From NCBI RefSeq assembly GCF_009914755.1, contig NC_060927.1: a DNA stretch of 64,000 bases. One strand, 5' to 3'. The notes under the pieces are model-generated. The model was not told the DNA's origin, made no database searches, and saw only the letters and a program-made list of their open reading frames with translations. A program made the translations under genes and the position numbers. Source of the DNA: the human T2T-CHM13v2.0 reference genome, Homo sapiens. Below, one piece after another: positions 1 through 12,715 of the stretch; position 1 is the stretch's first letter; each line of letters opens with the position of its first letter.

Positions 1-429
1 TAGGATGGGAAAAAGTTAGGACTAAGGTATTGTAAAAACTAAGAAATAGACTGTCATTGAAACCATAAGGTTAGTTGCATCAAGAAAGCAATTAGAAAAA
101 AAATAGGAACATAAGTGAAAACAAGTTCAGTTTGCAGGTTTTGAATCTCAACTTCAGCAGTAATTGTAAATTATAAAAGCAGTTTCTTATTAGCCATCTA
201 TTCAGTTATGAAGATTAGAGAGTTTTCAATCAATACACTTTTAATAGTTCGGTTTATGATGCTGATGGTGATAAATAAAAATTTGCCTAATGGTAAGACA
301 TGTCACGTTCTCATGACATGATAGGACTCACCAATGACAAGATTCCAAATCCCTGGCATTGATTTTTTTCAGGTTTAATGCAATTTAATTTGAAACCACA
401 AATGATGTTATTCTGGGATTTTGTCAGTG

Positions 430-1250
430 ACTTAGTTTTATCTGCAAGAATGATTAGATAAGAATAACTTAGAAAATATTGCAAAAGTGAGCATATTAGA
501 AAACAAAATTACTGAAGCAGTATAGCATTAGTACAAGAGTAGCCAAACATTGCTATAACAAGAGAGAAAAATCCAGAAACAAACAAAACATGACAAGAGA
601 GGCATTTCAAATCCATGGGAAAATAAAGTATTCAATCTGTGCTGTGTTGAACACTAGAAAAAAATAACATTAAATTCATCCTCATCCAACATACCAATTC
701 TTTCTAATCCTTTTCCAAGAAAGAAATGATAGAAATTTTGGTAGCTATGACTACATAAAACCTATTTATTCTTGTATGTTAAAGAAAACACAAATTATAA
801 AGCACACAATGGGGAAAATATTTGCACAGTGTAAAACCTACAAGGCATTAATGACCTTAATGTATACAGTTTCCTCATGATCAGTTAAAGAGAGAAAGGG
901 AAATTCTCCTTTAGAAAGAAATGGAGTAAGAGACATATATGATTAAAAAAAGAAATTAAAATGAGCAATAAATATTTCAAAACTATTGAGTCTTACTAGC
1001 AAACATAATTATGCAAATTAAAGCAAGAGATAATTTGTTTATTTTACTGACAAATATGTATGTATATATTTAATTTTATTTTTCCGTGCAAGCAGGGTAC
1101 ATGCATGATGGTTGTCCTCTCCAGTGACAGAATCCTGAAGAAAAAACTGACATTTACTATCAGAAATATTTAATCTGCATATTTTTTGACCTAGCAAGTA
1201 TCTTCCATGTGTTTATATCAGTGTTATTTTTCTATTTCTTTACACATTTC
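430..1250 (+). mobile_element. Ancient LINE-1 (L1M/L1ME-type) ORF2 3'-region fragment
   Basis: Degenerate L1-like motifs (aaaatccagaaac..., ggcatttcaaatc...ggaaaataaagtattcaat, ttgacctagcaa); A-rich sense strand; boundaries approximate. Confidence 0.55.
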
Positions 1251-1297
1251 ATTATAAAATATGTATATTTCCTAAATACACAAATAGATTTCATTTA

Positions 1298-1892
1298 CAG
1301 TAGTACCCCCTTATCTATATTCCAAGGCCCTCAGTGGATACCTGAAACCTCAGAAAGTACTGAACCCTGTATATTTTGTTTTTTCCTATACATACATAAC
1401 TATGATAAAGTTTAATTTATAAATTGGGCACAGGAAGGGATTAACAACAACTAATAGAAAAATTATAATATGCCAGCATTACTTCTGTCGGCATGTTAAT
1501 AGTAACCCTTATTTTACTTAGTAAGGGTTACTAAGCAAAATCGCAGTGCTTGTATTCAAGTAACCCTTCTTTTACTTAATAGTCCCAAAGTCCTTGTGCT
1601 TAGTCCCTGTGTTATCAGTCCTCTCTGATCACAAAGATGGCCAAATAATTGACTAACATGGGGGTAGTGTATATAGTATAGAAAAGCTGAACTAAGGGAT
1701 AATTCATGTCCCAGGAGGATGAAGCAGGATGGCACACGATTTCATCACATTATTCAGAACAATGTGCAAACATGCAATTTAAAATCTATGTATTATTCAT
1801 TTCTGGAACTTTCCATTTAGTATTTTTGGACTGCTGTTGACCATGGGTACTGAGACTTGGGAAAACAAAACCACAAATGCGGGGAACTACTA
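1298..1892. mobile_element. MER44 (Tigger7-derived, TcMar-Tigger) non-autonomous DNA transposon
   Basis: Terminal inverted repeats cagtagtacccccttatc (1298) and ...ggggaactacta (to 1892), flanked by TA (1296-1297, 1893-1894); body matches recalled MER44B sequence. Confidence 0.85.
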
Positions 1893-2574
1893 TATTGTAT
1901 AGACCTTGAAAAATGCTCATAAGAAAAAAAAAGAAAAGAAAAGAAAAAAACTTTGTAATCACCAATATCTTGAGGAAAATTCATGTTGACACTGATTTTG
2001 TTATCATGTATTCCCCCCCCCCAAAATTGTGTCCTAAAATATGCTTTTTTAACCTATTTTTTCCTCCCTTTATTTAATGTGGAAATAATGAACAGACAAA
2101 TATATTATTGTTTTACTTCTAAGCATATTTTATCCTACAGATATGAAATAACTTACTTACACACACTTAACATTTTGGGGATTCTTTTCATATTCTTAAC
2201 AAGTCTAGATAAATCTTACTGGATATATCTCTTTGTAAACATTTCAATTATTCCCATTCAAAATCATTAACTGTAGGATCGTTTTATCAAAGACTTGTAA
2301 AGTTTTTAATGTATATTACCAATGAGCTACCAAAAGGGTGGCCTCTATTATATTTCTACCTGCCTATTTCTCAGCCTTTAAAAAACATCATAACATCACA
2401 TTTCAAAAAAAAAATGCTAGCATTATCCATTTCATATGTACTTTTGTGAGAAGTGGTAAAGTTTTATTTGCATGTTCACTAATAGTTTGTATTTATTCTC
2501 TTGAGAGTTTAAATTTCATATCCTTAACTCAGTTTTTTTTTTTTTTAGTTGGGACTCATGCTTTCCTTACTAAT

Positions 2575-3033
2575 TGTGATGGTTAATACTGAGTGTCAAG
2601 TTGATTGGATTGAAGGATACAAAGTATTGATGATCCTGGGTGTGTCTGTGAGGGTGTTTCCAAAGGAGATTAATATTTGAGTCAGTGGGGCTGGGAAAGG
2701 CCGACTCACCCTTAATCTGGTTGTGCACAATCTATTCAGCTGTCAGTGCTGCTAGAATATAAGCAGGCACAAAAATTAGACAAGAAAAACTGGCTTAGCT
2801 TCCCAGTCTACATCTTTCTCCCATGGTGGATGCTTCCTGCCCTCCAATGTCAGACTCCAAGTTCTTCAGTTTTGAAACTTAGACTGGCTCTCCTTGTTCG
2901 TCAGCATATATATACATATACATATACATATACATACACACATACATATATACATATATATACACACATATACACATACATATATATATATATATATTCC
3001 CTTAGTTTTGTCCCTCTAGAGAACCCTAATACA
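2575..3033 (+). mobile_element. MLT2A (MLT2A1/A2, HERV-L) solo LTR
   Basis: Starts tgtgatggttaatactgagtgtcaa, ends gtccctctagagaaccctaataca; exact 5-bp TSD CTAAT at 2570-2574 and 3034-3038. Confidence 0.92.
2906..2996. repeat. (TA)/(TATACA)n compound microsatellite inside MLT2A
   Basis: atatatatacatatacatatacatatacatacaca...tatatata seen directly. Confidence 0.95.
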
Positions 3034-5336
3034 CTAATCTATAAGGGTACTTACGTAATTAAGAAAGGTCTCCCCAAAATATTATGACTACTTTTTATGC
3101 TCTGTCATTCATATTTCAACACTGCTAATAGGAGAGGCTTCTGATTATCATATTTAAAGATTAATCTTCATAAAATTGAATTGATCATTTTTTTTAGTTC
3201 CTGCCTACAGAGTCATCTTTCAGATAGTTCTTTTCCAATTTGAGTATTAACTCTTGTATTTTCTTTGATTTGGAATCTATGTGGGTATAAGGCATGAGGT
3301 GGCAATATAATTTCTGTCTACAAGTGAGATAGTGATAAATCATCGTATCTGTCACAAAACATTTGCTGCTGCTGTTGTTTGTATAGCAGCAGTTATCATA
3401 ACAAATGGTAAACTTATTGCCTTTTAAGACAATGTCTATAACCAAAATTTTCAGGTGCCATCTTTATTATATATGTACTCATTCTACTAATATATTAATG
3501 ACTGCCTTCCATGTGCTTGTTGCTATCACCATTCTTCAATGTGTTGTAATGAACTAAAACTCTCTCGTCTTCACAGATTCATTTTCTCAGTGGAGAAGGA
3601 TTTAACACAAGTAAATGTATGATGTCACATTTTGTAACCCTGTAAAGTTAAATAATTAGTTCATAAAGATAGAAAATTTTTTTCAGGTTAAGGAAGACTT
3701 AGATCAAAAGTTATCCAAAACCCAAGACCTCAGATGAATAAGGCACATGTCAGTCAGAAGAAGGAAGAATATTCCTGGAGAAGATAAAAAGAAGAAAATT
3801 TCTGGTATGCTTCAAGATCATACAGAAGGCTGAAACAACAGGACCTTGGGAGACTCACAGTTTTGTACAGTAATTTTTCAATAACAATATACAGGCTTCT
3901 CAGTCTCACCAGAGAAAAATCTGCCCCCATATTTTCAAATTATTTTTGACAAGCTATGTACCATTAGACTGTATCACACCCAAGTCTCCTGGCCTTTAAC
4001 AGGACTGTTAGATTCTACACTCAAAGTACGAACTTGTTTCATTCCTTTTTATTTCTTCAATTAAGGAAACCACCATCAAGCATTATCACTTCCACTCATG
4101 CTATAAAGGCACCAACATTTTTCATCATCATACTGAACCTCTCAATTTTTCATATGATTGCATCTTCTTGATGTGCAATTGCATCATCATTTCCTCTCCT
4201 TTCTAGTAATTTCTCTTATTCCTCCTCTACTCTGCATTATTCTATTATACTCTCATAATAAATATAGGTTTTCTCCAGAATTTCATACGTGGTTTTCTTC
4301 TATTTCAATCTATATATTTTAAGAAGTTTACATCTATTGTGGATGAAGGAAAATAATTGAGAACATCACTACTCTGCCCAGCATCTGAGTGAAGGATGTG
4401 AGAATGGTGTGTTGTTAATCTTCCCTCCACAATGCCTTTTAAATATTCATCCTTTTAACTCATACTATCACTTTCTCAAATTCAAATGCAAATAAGTAGG
4501 GTAAAACTGTTGTTACAGTGGCTTTGATTCTTATCAGGCATGATTAAAATGCTGAATAAATAAAAATTCCTGGTGACTTCTTCATAGATCACACAATTTT
4601 GTATCAAGTTATTTTCTAGTGATATTTTTAAAAAATTAGGTTACCAATGCTACAAAATATCTTACATTATATTTAATCTTACAATCTCAACTAATCTTTT
4701 AACAAGTTGAGATTGTACAACAATATTTGATAGTAAAATCATTATGCCTCATGCAGGAGAGGTGTTTTACACAAAGATCAGAGTTAAATGTTTCCTACAG
4801 AGGTACAATGAGATATAATAGAGTAAACTGATGAATTTTTAATTTGAGAGTGAGGGGAGAGCCTTACTCTTTATAAATAGAACAGATTCCACTTTTAGTC
4901 TGTTTAGGGGAAATTTTGCCCCCAAAAAGTTAATTAGAGTAATTTGTTTTGCAAGGACTGGAGTCTAATACTGTGAAGAAGCTTTAAATGTTAGAGCTAA
5001 CATTTACTCAAAGAGAGGAAGACATAAAATTATACACACAGCCACATTTATGCAATAGCCAAATAAGCAGAATAAGTGAAGAAAAAATAGTGCACAGTTT
5101 TCTCAAGGCAGGATTTGCAAATATTTAAAGGTTATAAAGTAAATTGTGAAACAAATACATTTGTTGCTATTTTGGAAGAGATACAAATGTACTCTGTATA
5201 ATATCATGAAAATTGCTTGGGTTTTAGAACCAAATCATCATTCTTTTTTAAAGAATGACTAAAAAAAGGCCTCTCTGGGTAGCAGAACTTGTAATAGTCT
5301 CCCAAAAAAGAATCTAAATATGGATTTCACCTACTG

Positions 5337-6683
5337 CAGAAGTTTTCAAACTTTTTGGTCTCAGAACTCCTTATACACAAAAATAATTAAGTAAAAATAG
5401 CCCAAGAGATTCTATTTATGTGGGTTATATCTATTGCTATTTGCCACATCAGAAATGAAAACTCAAATTGTTAAATATTTATTTAAAAATATAATTATAG
5501 ATTATTTGCATGTTAAAATAACATGTTTTATAAAAAATACTTATATTTTCCAAAATAAAAAATAGAAAAATAGCATTGTTTTATAGTTGTGAAAATCTCT
5601 TTGCTTTGGTATTCAATCTGCTATAATATATTGCTGTGCTTGAAGTTTATGGAGAAAAAACTAGTCTCCTGAGGGCATGTATTGGACCAGGAAGGAGCTT
5701 TTGAAATCTTTTGGATAATTACAGATGTACTTATTTCTTACTACAGCAAAACTTGACATGTGGTAATTTTGTAAAGTGTAATTGCTATGTCGATTCTGAA
5801 ATCATAAAATGAACTATTTTAAATTGGGCTACCTTGCTCTTTGAGTAAATATTTCTCTTGCACTACTCTGTAACATCATGTATCTCTCATTTGGAAAGTA
5901 CTGGTTTACAGAGTTATACTGATTTCCCAAATATTGATATATTTCATTATATATATAAAATCTCATGTAATAATATCATCTCTGAGCTTATCAGAAAAGT
6001 TATTAAGAATTGGGGAGTTGTTTACCTCATGGTGCCAGATTCAAGTTTTCCAAAATTCTAATTTTTGCATGAAAACATGAATTTTATCATTCATAGCAAT
6101 TATTAAGTCATTTTCTTTAAATTTTATGCTTGCTTGACTCTGCCAAATACCAGTATAAGAATAACCAGAGTCTGTCAGTTGTTCTTTCAAGTAGAATTGA
6201 CATTCTATGATAAAATGCAAGTAGTTTAGCCTACAAGTCAAACACTCATACAGCACCTTTCCTTGAGACAGCTGTCATATACTTCTGCATGTAACAGAAG
6301 TGCTGTGTACCTCCCATGTTGTCACTAGCATATCAAAAAAATGTTTAATTCAAGTTTTGAGATTTAACAAAATAAATAATTTTTAATTTTTACTGCTTTA
6401 TAGGAAACATCCCAAGTAAAGTCAGCTTTAGGAAAAAAACTATGAGCACGTAGTAGTGAAGAACACACTGGTCCTTATATAGTTGGTACCACTGCCTTGC
6501 TTTGTACTAAGGCACCAGAAATTTTACCAGCCAGTGCTTTGTCCACCATCACTCCAAATGCCAACATAGTGAGGAAAAAAAAAAACTAATACAAATGTTG
6601 GTTTTATTCCAAAAATAGTTCCCCCTCTCAGACTCTCTGAAAGAGACCATCAACCTCCTGCATCCCTACTTTCAATAACCTCA
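5337..6683 (-). mobile_element. Charlie1a-type hAT DNA transposon fossil with transposase remnant
   Basis: End cagaagttttcaaactttttggtctcag matches the recalled Charlie1 terminus; minus-strand ORF 6041-6256 (FYLKEQLTD...NDKIHVFMQKLEFWK) resembles the hAT/Buster transposase. Confidence 0.82.
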
Positions 6684-6942
6684 AAATGTACATAAAAGAG
6701 AAAAGGATTGTTAGGACACGAAAAGGTCATAAGCAAAACAGGGAAACTGAATGTGTGAGCAAAATATGCATATAGTATACTAATAATTGAAAACACAATC
6801 AATTAGATTATTTACAGTGTGCTCTACTCTAAGTAGTAAATTACTTAAATACATTGTATTCAGGCTTTCCTTAAGGAAAGAATTTTTAAAGGAAACTGAA
6901 ATAATATTCTAATTAAAAATTGTTAATATTGTATCCAAGAAA

Positions 6943-7264
6943 TGGAAGCCTTCATTCTCAGCAAACTAACACAGGAACAGAAAACCAAACACCACATGTT
7001 CTCACTCATAAGTGGGAGTTGAACAATGAGAACACATGAACAATGAGAACACAGGGAGGGAAACATCACACACCAGGGCCTGTTGGCAGGTGGGCGGCAA
7101 GGGGAGGGAGAGCATTAGGACAAATACCTAATGCAAGCAGGGCTTAAAACCTAGATGTTGGGTTGACAGGTGCAGCAAACCACCATGGCACATGTATACC
7201 TATGTAACAAATCTGCACATTCTGCACATGTATCCCAGAACTTAAAATTAAAAAAAAAGAAAAC
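6943..7264 (+). mobile_element. 5'-truncated L1PA (L1PA7/8-like) 3' end
   Basis: attctcagcaaactaacacaggaacagaaaacc...ggggcttaaaacctagatg...aaccaccatggcacatgtatacctatgtaacaaa followed by an A tail. Confidence 0.9.
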
Positions 7265-7825
7265 TACATTAGAATTGATTTTGATAGGTTGTAAATCATT
7301 TTGTAATCTCTTATAGGAAGAATAAAATCAGTATAAATTTGATAGGTATTTTAGAATTTCTACTTAATACTGTACAAAGTTTTACAAGTAAAATGGACAT
7401 AAATCTGCCCATTCTCAAAGAGGGATCCTTTTTACCTAACATAAAAAATACCTTCTAATTTACCTAATATAAAAATGCTAATTCAACTACAAAGTTTTAG
7501 TTATAGTCTTAATTTTAAACATGGAATATGATATTCCTGTAACTATTTATCAAACTCAAAAATCATAGCCAGATTTTCAATTCTGAAGAAACGTGTTTTT
7601 ATCACTTATTCTATGGTAACAGTTTTAGTAGAACAATAAGTTTAATAAACCTAACCATTATGCTACTATTTCAAAATTACATTAAAACATATTTATCACG
7701 GAATTCTTCAGAAACTTAAAAAATTTAAAGTGGCATTTTAATATTACTTAAATGGGGATAATTATTTGACTCATATGTACTAGAAATGAACTGAAATTAA
7801 TTTAATCACTGTGTTTTGCCTACAA

Positions 7826-7868
7826 CTATCTATCCATCCATCCATCCATCCATCCATCCATCCATCTA
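7826..7868. repeat. (CCAT)n tetranucleotide microsatellite
   Basis: About 8 tandem ccat units. Confidence 0.95.
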
Positions 7869-8242
7869 CACCGACCTACCTTTCTACTCATCTACTTATA
7901 GCCTCTCAAATTTGTTGTTCATCCATACCCCACCAACAGCAAAGTTAAGGGGTGAGACCAGACCTCGGGATATATTCAAGTAGTAGGAGGAGACAGAGAA
8001 CCAGCTAGACAGACTGTAACATTATAGTTAAAGACTAGGTAAAAATGGTGCAGTATAATATAAGAAAAATAATTTAAGTTATGGTTTTACAATCTAATGC
8101 ATTGTGTGGCATTAGGATTGAGAAGAGGTTGAATTAGCTTGGTAAGGCTAGTAAATAATCATTAAAGCTAATTTCACAGGAATAAAAGTCTAGGCTGTCT
8201 GAGCAAAGATGTTCTAGGAGCTAGTATATTGTAAAAATGTAG

Positions 8243-8739
8243 TGTCAATGGGTGTGCTGTATTTGCCCCTTCAAAACCACTCTCCATCCGTCCCTATCCT
8301 GCTCTGTGCCTGGAAACCTAGCCTTATGGTCTTCTTCCAAAGCCTCTTCCTCTGTTTTCTACCTGGACTAAGCTAATGGAGCTAGGGTATGGGGGTGGCA
8401 TTAGCAGAGACCTGAAGGTGGGGGGATGCGAGGTGGAAATTTTCATCTGCCCTGCCGTTTTGCCTCCAGGTTGTCGTGTTCCTCTAACCAAAGGCCACAG
8501 AGCCCATCTGTTGGCTTCTTCAACAGCAATAAGGTCTCTCTCTGAGTTTCTGAAACCCATACCTCTACTTCCTCCTCAAGCCTATGGGTGATAATGACTC
8601 CCTGTGATTCTAGCCTATGGTACTTTCCATCTCCTATTGATGTATCTTAACCTTTTTTTGTTGTTGTTGTTGTTAAACTCTCCTTAATTACCTATTTGAG
8701 TGTGCCACCTGCTTCTTTAAAGGAAGCCTGACTGGTAGA
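8243..8739 (+). mobile_element. LTR33-like ERVL LTR
   Basis: gccccttcaaaaccactctccatcc...cctgctctgtgcc near the start and aaactctccttaattacctatttgagtgtgccacctg...cctgactg near the end. Confidence 0.65.
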
Positions 8740-9529
8740 AATAGATTGATCCATTAATATTTTTAAACTTGCAGCATATTATCATATAAATAATTTTAAA
8801 ATAATATTCTAAAGCATTTCATAAATAGTGGCTTTTTTGGTGTTTTCAAATGTTATTTTTTAATGTTATCATCATTTTTCTTTTCTTTTGCCTAGAGATT
8901 TACTAAAGACAGAGTAGAAAACATTGGCATGTTAGTAACAATATAATGAGGTATTTTGAGGAAGGAGACATGAGCTATTCTGTGAGAATCTTTGCATTAC
9001 TAGAGGCCTTGGGGTCTAAAGTCATGAGAACATTTAGGAAAATGTTCCAAGTGACACATGGAGTTAACACACATGGAAGAATGGGTAAGAAATAAAGACC
9101 AAGACCCAAAAATGGCTTTGGAGGAAGTTGATGAGATAATGCCATGGTAAACCCAATCATTGAGATATTTTTTGCATAATTTCATCTTTTATTTTAAAAA
9201 TATTAAGAATAAAGAGAAAAAATAGACACAAGTGCCTTAGGGACATGTATTTTCAATTTCTATATTTATTTTCTATGTGTTACAAAGTATAATAGCATAT
9301 GTTTCATGTCGTCCAGTCTTAACATAAAAACATTTGGCAACTGTAACTAAGAATACTTTTTCAGAGTCTCGATTTAGAGTCTAAATTTTTTAGCAAAAAT
9401 ATTGGTTCACTCAAGATTTCTGAGCCCCAGTTTTCTCATTTCAAAATAAAAGTTGGTTGTACCAACTACCTGTACAAACTTTTTGGGTTGTTTTGAGGAT
9501 TAAAAAAAAAGATAATTGAGGTAAAATTA

Positions 9530-10427
9530 ACTGCTTATCCTCAACATCCTCACGATTTGCCATTCCATGTGGTCTTCGTCCCCTCTTCCCCCACCTAGCC
9601 TGCTTCTCCCCAGATCTTTCTCATATTAGAAAAGGGCATCAACCCTTACCCAGGCACAGGTGCCTATGAGTCACGCTGAGTCCTTTCTTCTACTGATATC
9701 CAACGTCCAGTCTTTCAGCAGACACAGTCAGACCTATCTTCAAATGACATCTCTTAATCTAACAACATTTTCCACCTCCAGTATCATCACCCCCAGTTCC
9801 AGTTACCTTCATTGCTCACTGACCTTCCGTGGTAACCTCTTTAGCTCCTTTCTTGGCTCCCCTCCTATTGTTAATTCTGTCCAGATCAGTCAGAATGTAC
9901 CAACCAGATTAAAAATAAGATTCTGCTACTGCCCAGCTCAAAGCCCTGCAATGACGTACTGTGCCTGGAATCCATCTAACCCAGTCATTCTTCAGTCACC
10001 TCCAGCAAAGCTGCCCATCTTGCTGTTTCTCAATCATAAGCTTGTTCCACTTGGGGACTTTCCAACTTTCTGCTTCCTTCTTTCTGCAATGATTTTGTCC
10101 AAGATCTTCACAAAACTTTCATCTTTCAACTTTTTTTTCCTTTATGTCTTTGCTCAAAAGTTATTTCCTTAGAGAGACTTTCTTTGACTATTCCACCTGA
10201 AATAGTGCTCTGCTTCCTTGATTGCTTTCTTAAGTTGTATGTTTTATGAATGGATGCAATATTATACATTTTTAAATTTATTATACTTCCCTACAAACAT
10301 GTGAGTCCTACAAGGGCAAAAGTTTTGTCCGTATTCATTACAGTTGCATTCTCAATGTCTCAAGCAGTTTCTGGCACCAAATAGGCACTTAATAAATATT
10401 TGTTAAATGAATGAATGAACAAATGAA
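9530..10427 (+). mobile_element. L2 (L2a-like) 3' portion, preceded by a MIR fragment (~9400-9525)
   Basis: Pyrimidine-rich L2 body ending ggcaccaaataggcacttaataaatatttgttaaatgaatgaatgaa. Confidence 0.8.
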
Positions 10428-10453
10428 TAAGAATTGCCTTGGTTACTCGAAAG

Positions 10454-10668
10454 CAGTGATTCTCAACCAGGGGCAGTTTTTATGCCACAAGACATTTGGT
10501 AATGTTTGGATACATTTTTTATTGTGACAACTGAGGGAGGGGTGCTCCTGGCATCTAGTGGGTATTACTAGGTTGCTGCCAAATGCCCTCCCATGCACAG
10601 GACAGCCCCTCATGCAAAAAATAATTTACTGACAAAAAAGTCAATAGTGTCAAGGATGATAAATTCTG
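10454..10668 (+). mobile_element. MER20 (hAT-Charlie)
   Basis: cagtgattctcaaccaggggc...ggcatctagtgggta...gcacaggacagcccc...gtcaatagtgtcaagg. Confidence 0.85.
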
Positions 10669-11749
10669 CCTTAAAAGGTTAAAAATTATAAGAGAAGGAA
10701 TATTCCTAAACAGAAATCACTTTCTTTCCCTGCTTATTGTCTAGCTGTCATAACTGTAGTCATGAGCAATGTGAATATAAATATATAAAACCCAAAGGGA
10801 TATGGAATGGAGTGAGGAAGGTAGGAAGAAGCTAAGACAGACTCCAAGGGGCATAAGGCTGGAAGAATTTAACCATTATCCAAACTGTGAGGCATATATA
10901 AGATCAATTTGGACTAGGTCTTGGCAGAAATTCAGGAAGTATGTGACAAAGTGAGGCTGGTAATAGAGTGAAAGCTTTCAGTAATTAATGCATAAGAAAA
11001 AACCAGCAGCTACTTTTCCTTGAATTAAAGGTCAGCAAGAGAAAGGAAGTTCACAGGGTCCTGGTCAAGACAGATGGGTCTTAGGGCAGAACGCCAATCC
11101 CACTGAAAGTGGTGAATGCTTACTAAAAGCCAAGACAATTGATCAGTGGCAGGGCTGTGTTGCATGGCAAAGACTAGGGATCTGAATCTACAATGCATGG
11201 GTCAGAGCCTAGAGGCTAATAGCAGACAATACAGTGTGACCAAAGATCCTAACATGTTTCTTTATTTGAAGAACCTTCTGTGAGACTCTTCTTTCCACAT
11301 TTTAAATTGAGTTTTTCACTTCCTTGCTTCATTTACATGTATAACCATATGCGGTGAAATATTAATATATATTTACTTAATATGGGTCTCCCTACTGCAT
11401 TCTGTAGTCTGGGAAAGAAAGACACCTATTGGTGCAGAACTTGGTACACCAATTAGGTGATTAATGAATACTTGTTGCATGATCTAATGAATAAAATCAC
11501 ACCCAGCAATGAACTGCATTGAAATAAAAAATATTTCATTATCAAATGAAACAATGATTATCAAAAATGAACATTTAGATATCTAAAATTCCATTCTCCC
11601 TCTTAGTATAAGACAAAGGATTTAAATAATCATGTTGAGCCCCTTCAAAAGAAGCAGCCCTCTAATCTGGGTTCTGTAGTAGCCTCAGAAGTTCCTCTTG
11701 CTCCAGACTCCTCTTCTCTCTTCCTTCTACTCCAGAATCCTCAGATAAC

Positions 11750-12030
11750 GGACTTTTTTTCATGCAACATATTATTGAACACCTTCTATGTGCTATGCTC
11801 AGAATTACATCACTGGGATAGAATGATGAGCAAAGGAGATCTGCCCCAGTACTCAAGGAGTTTACAAACTAGTGAAGAAAACAAGCATTAAAAAATATAA
11901 TTGCAAATTGTGGTAAATGCATCAGAAAGATATACAAAAACTGCAACCTGATAGAGAATTACAGGGCGACCTACTCAGATAATATAATTTGGAAAGACCT
12001 CTCTGAGGAGGTGATGTTTAAGCTAAGAAC
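11750..12030 (-). mobile_element. L2 3' fragment
   Basis: caacatattattgaacaccttctatgtgc...ggaaagacctctctgaggaggtgatgtttaagct. Confidence 0.7.
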
Positions 12031-12479
12031 ATTTAAGATTTTTTTAAAACCAGTTTCTACTGCTGTAATCATTTTAAAATGAATTAAGACACTTAAGCGA
12101 TCATCATGAAATTACAAAAAATTTTTGTGAAACATTATTGGCAAATGAGGTTAAATGAACTCTTTGTATCTAAATAATAAACATTTACAGAGCAGAAACA
12201 TTTAAAACTCACCAGGCCTTTTAAGGTCTCCACATACCAGAGAAACGCAGTTGATTACTTAGAGAGGAAAGCAAGTCGAACTCAATTGACCTTGTCGCCA
12301 TCAACCTAACACACGCTATCAAATCAATTTTTGTCACAGAAGGGAAGGACTATGACACAAGGTCTATGAGTCAGCAGTCTGAAGTCACTGAGTGATAGAA
12401 TTTTGGATATGAGAGGAAGGAGTGATCAGAAAAGACTGGCTTGAATATCAACCTTCCTGGGCCTCCCGGACAAAGAAAA

Positions 12480-12715
12480 TTATCACTGATCCAACACCTA
12501 CTATGCATTAAGCACTCCACAAAGTGTTTTAACATTTGCTGCCTCATTTTAGGCCTGGTGTGGTAGGTACCATTTTTGCACGTGGGAAAATAAGGTCACA
12601 TAGAGGTTAAGCCACATACCTTGACATCATATAACTAATACGTAATTAAGTTATGATCTGAACCCAGTTCCATACGACTCTAAAACTTGTTTCTTTTGAT
12701 TAAAATATGCTGTCT
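12480..12715 (-). mobile_element. MIR
   Basis: acctactatgc...ccatttttgcacgtgggaaaataaggtcacatagaggttaag...tgaacccag. Confidence 0.65.

Noticed and set aside
9660-10172. 170-aa ORF
   Set aside because: Lies in a pyrimidine-rich L2 relic; S/L/F/P-biased with no recognisable domain.
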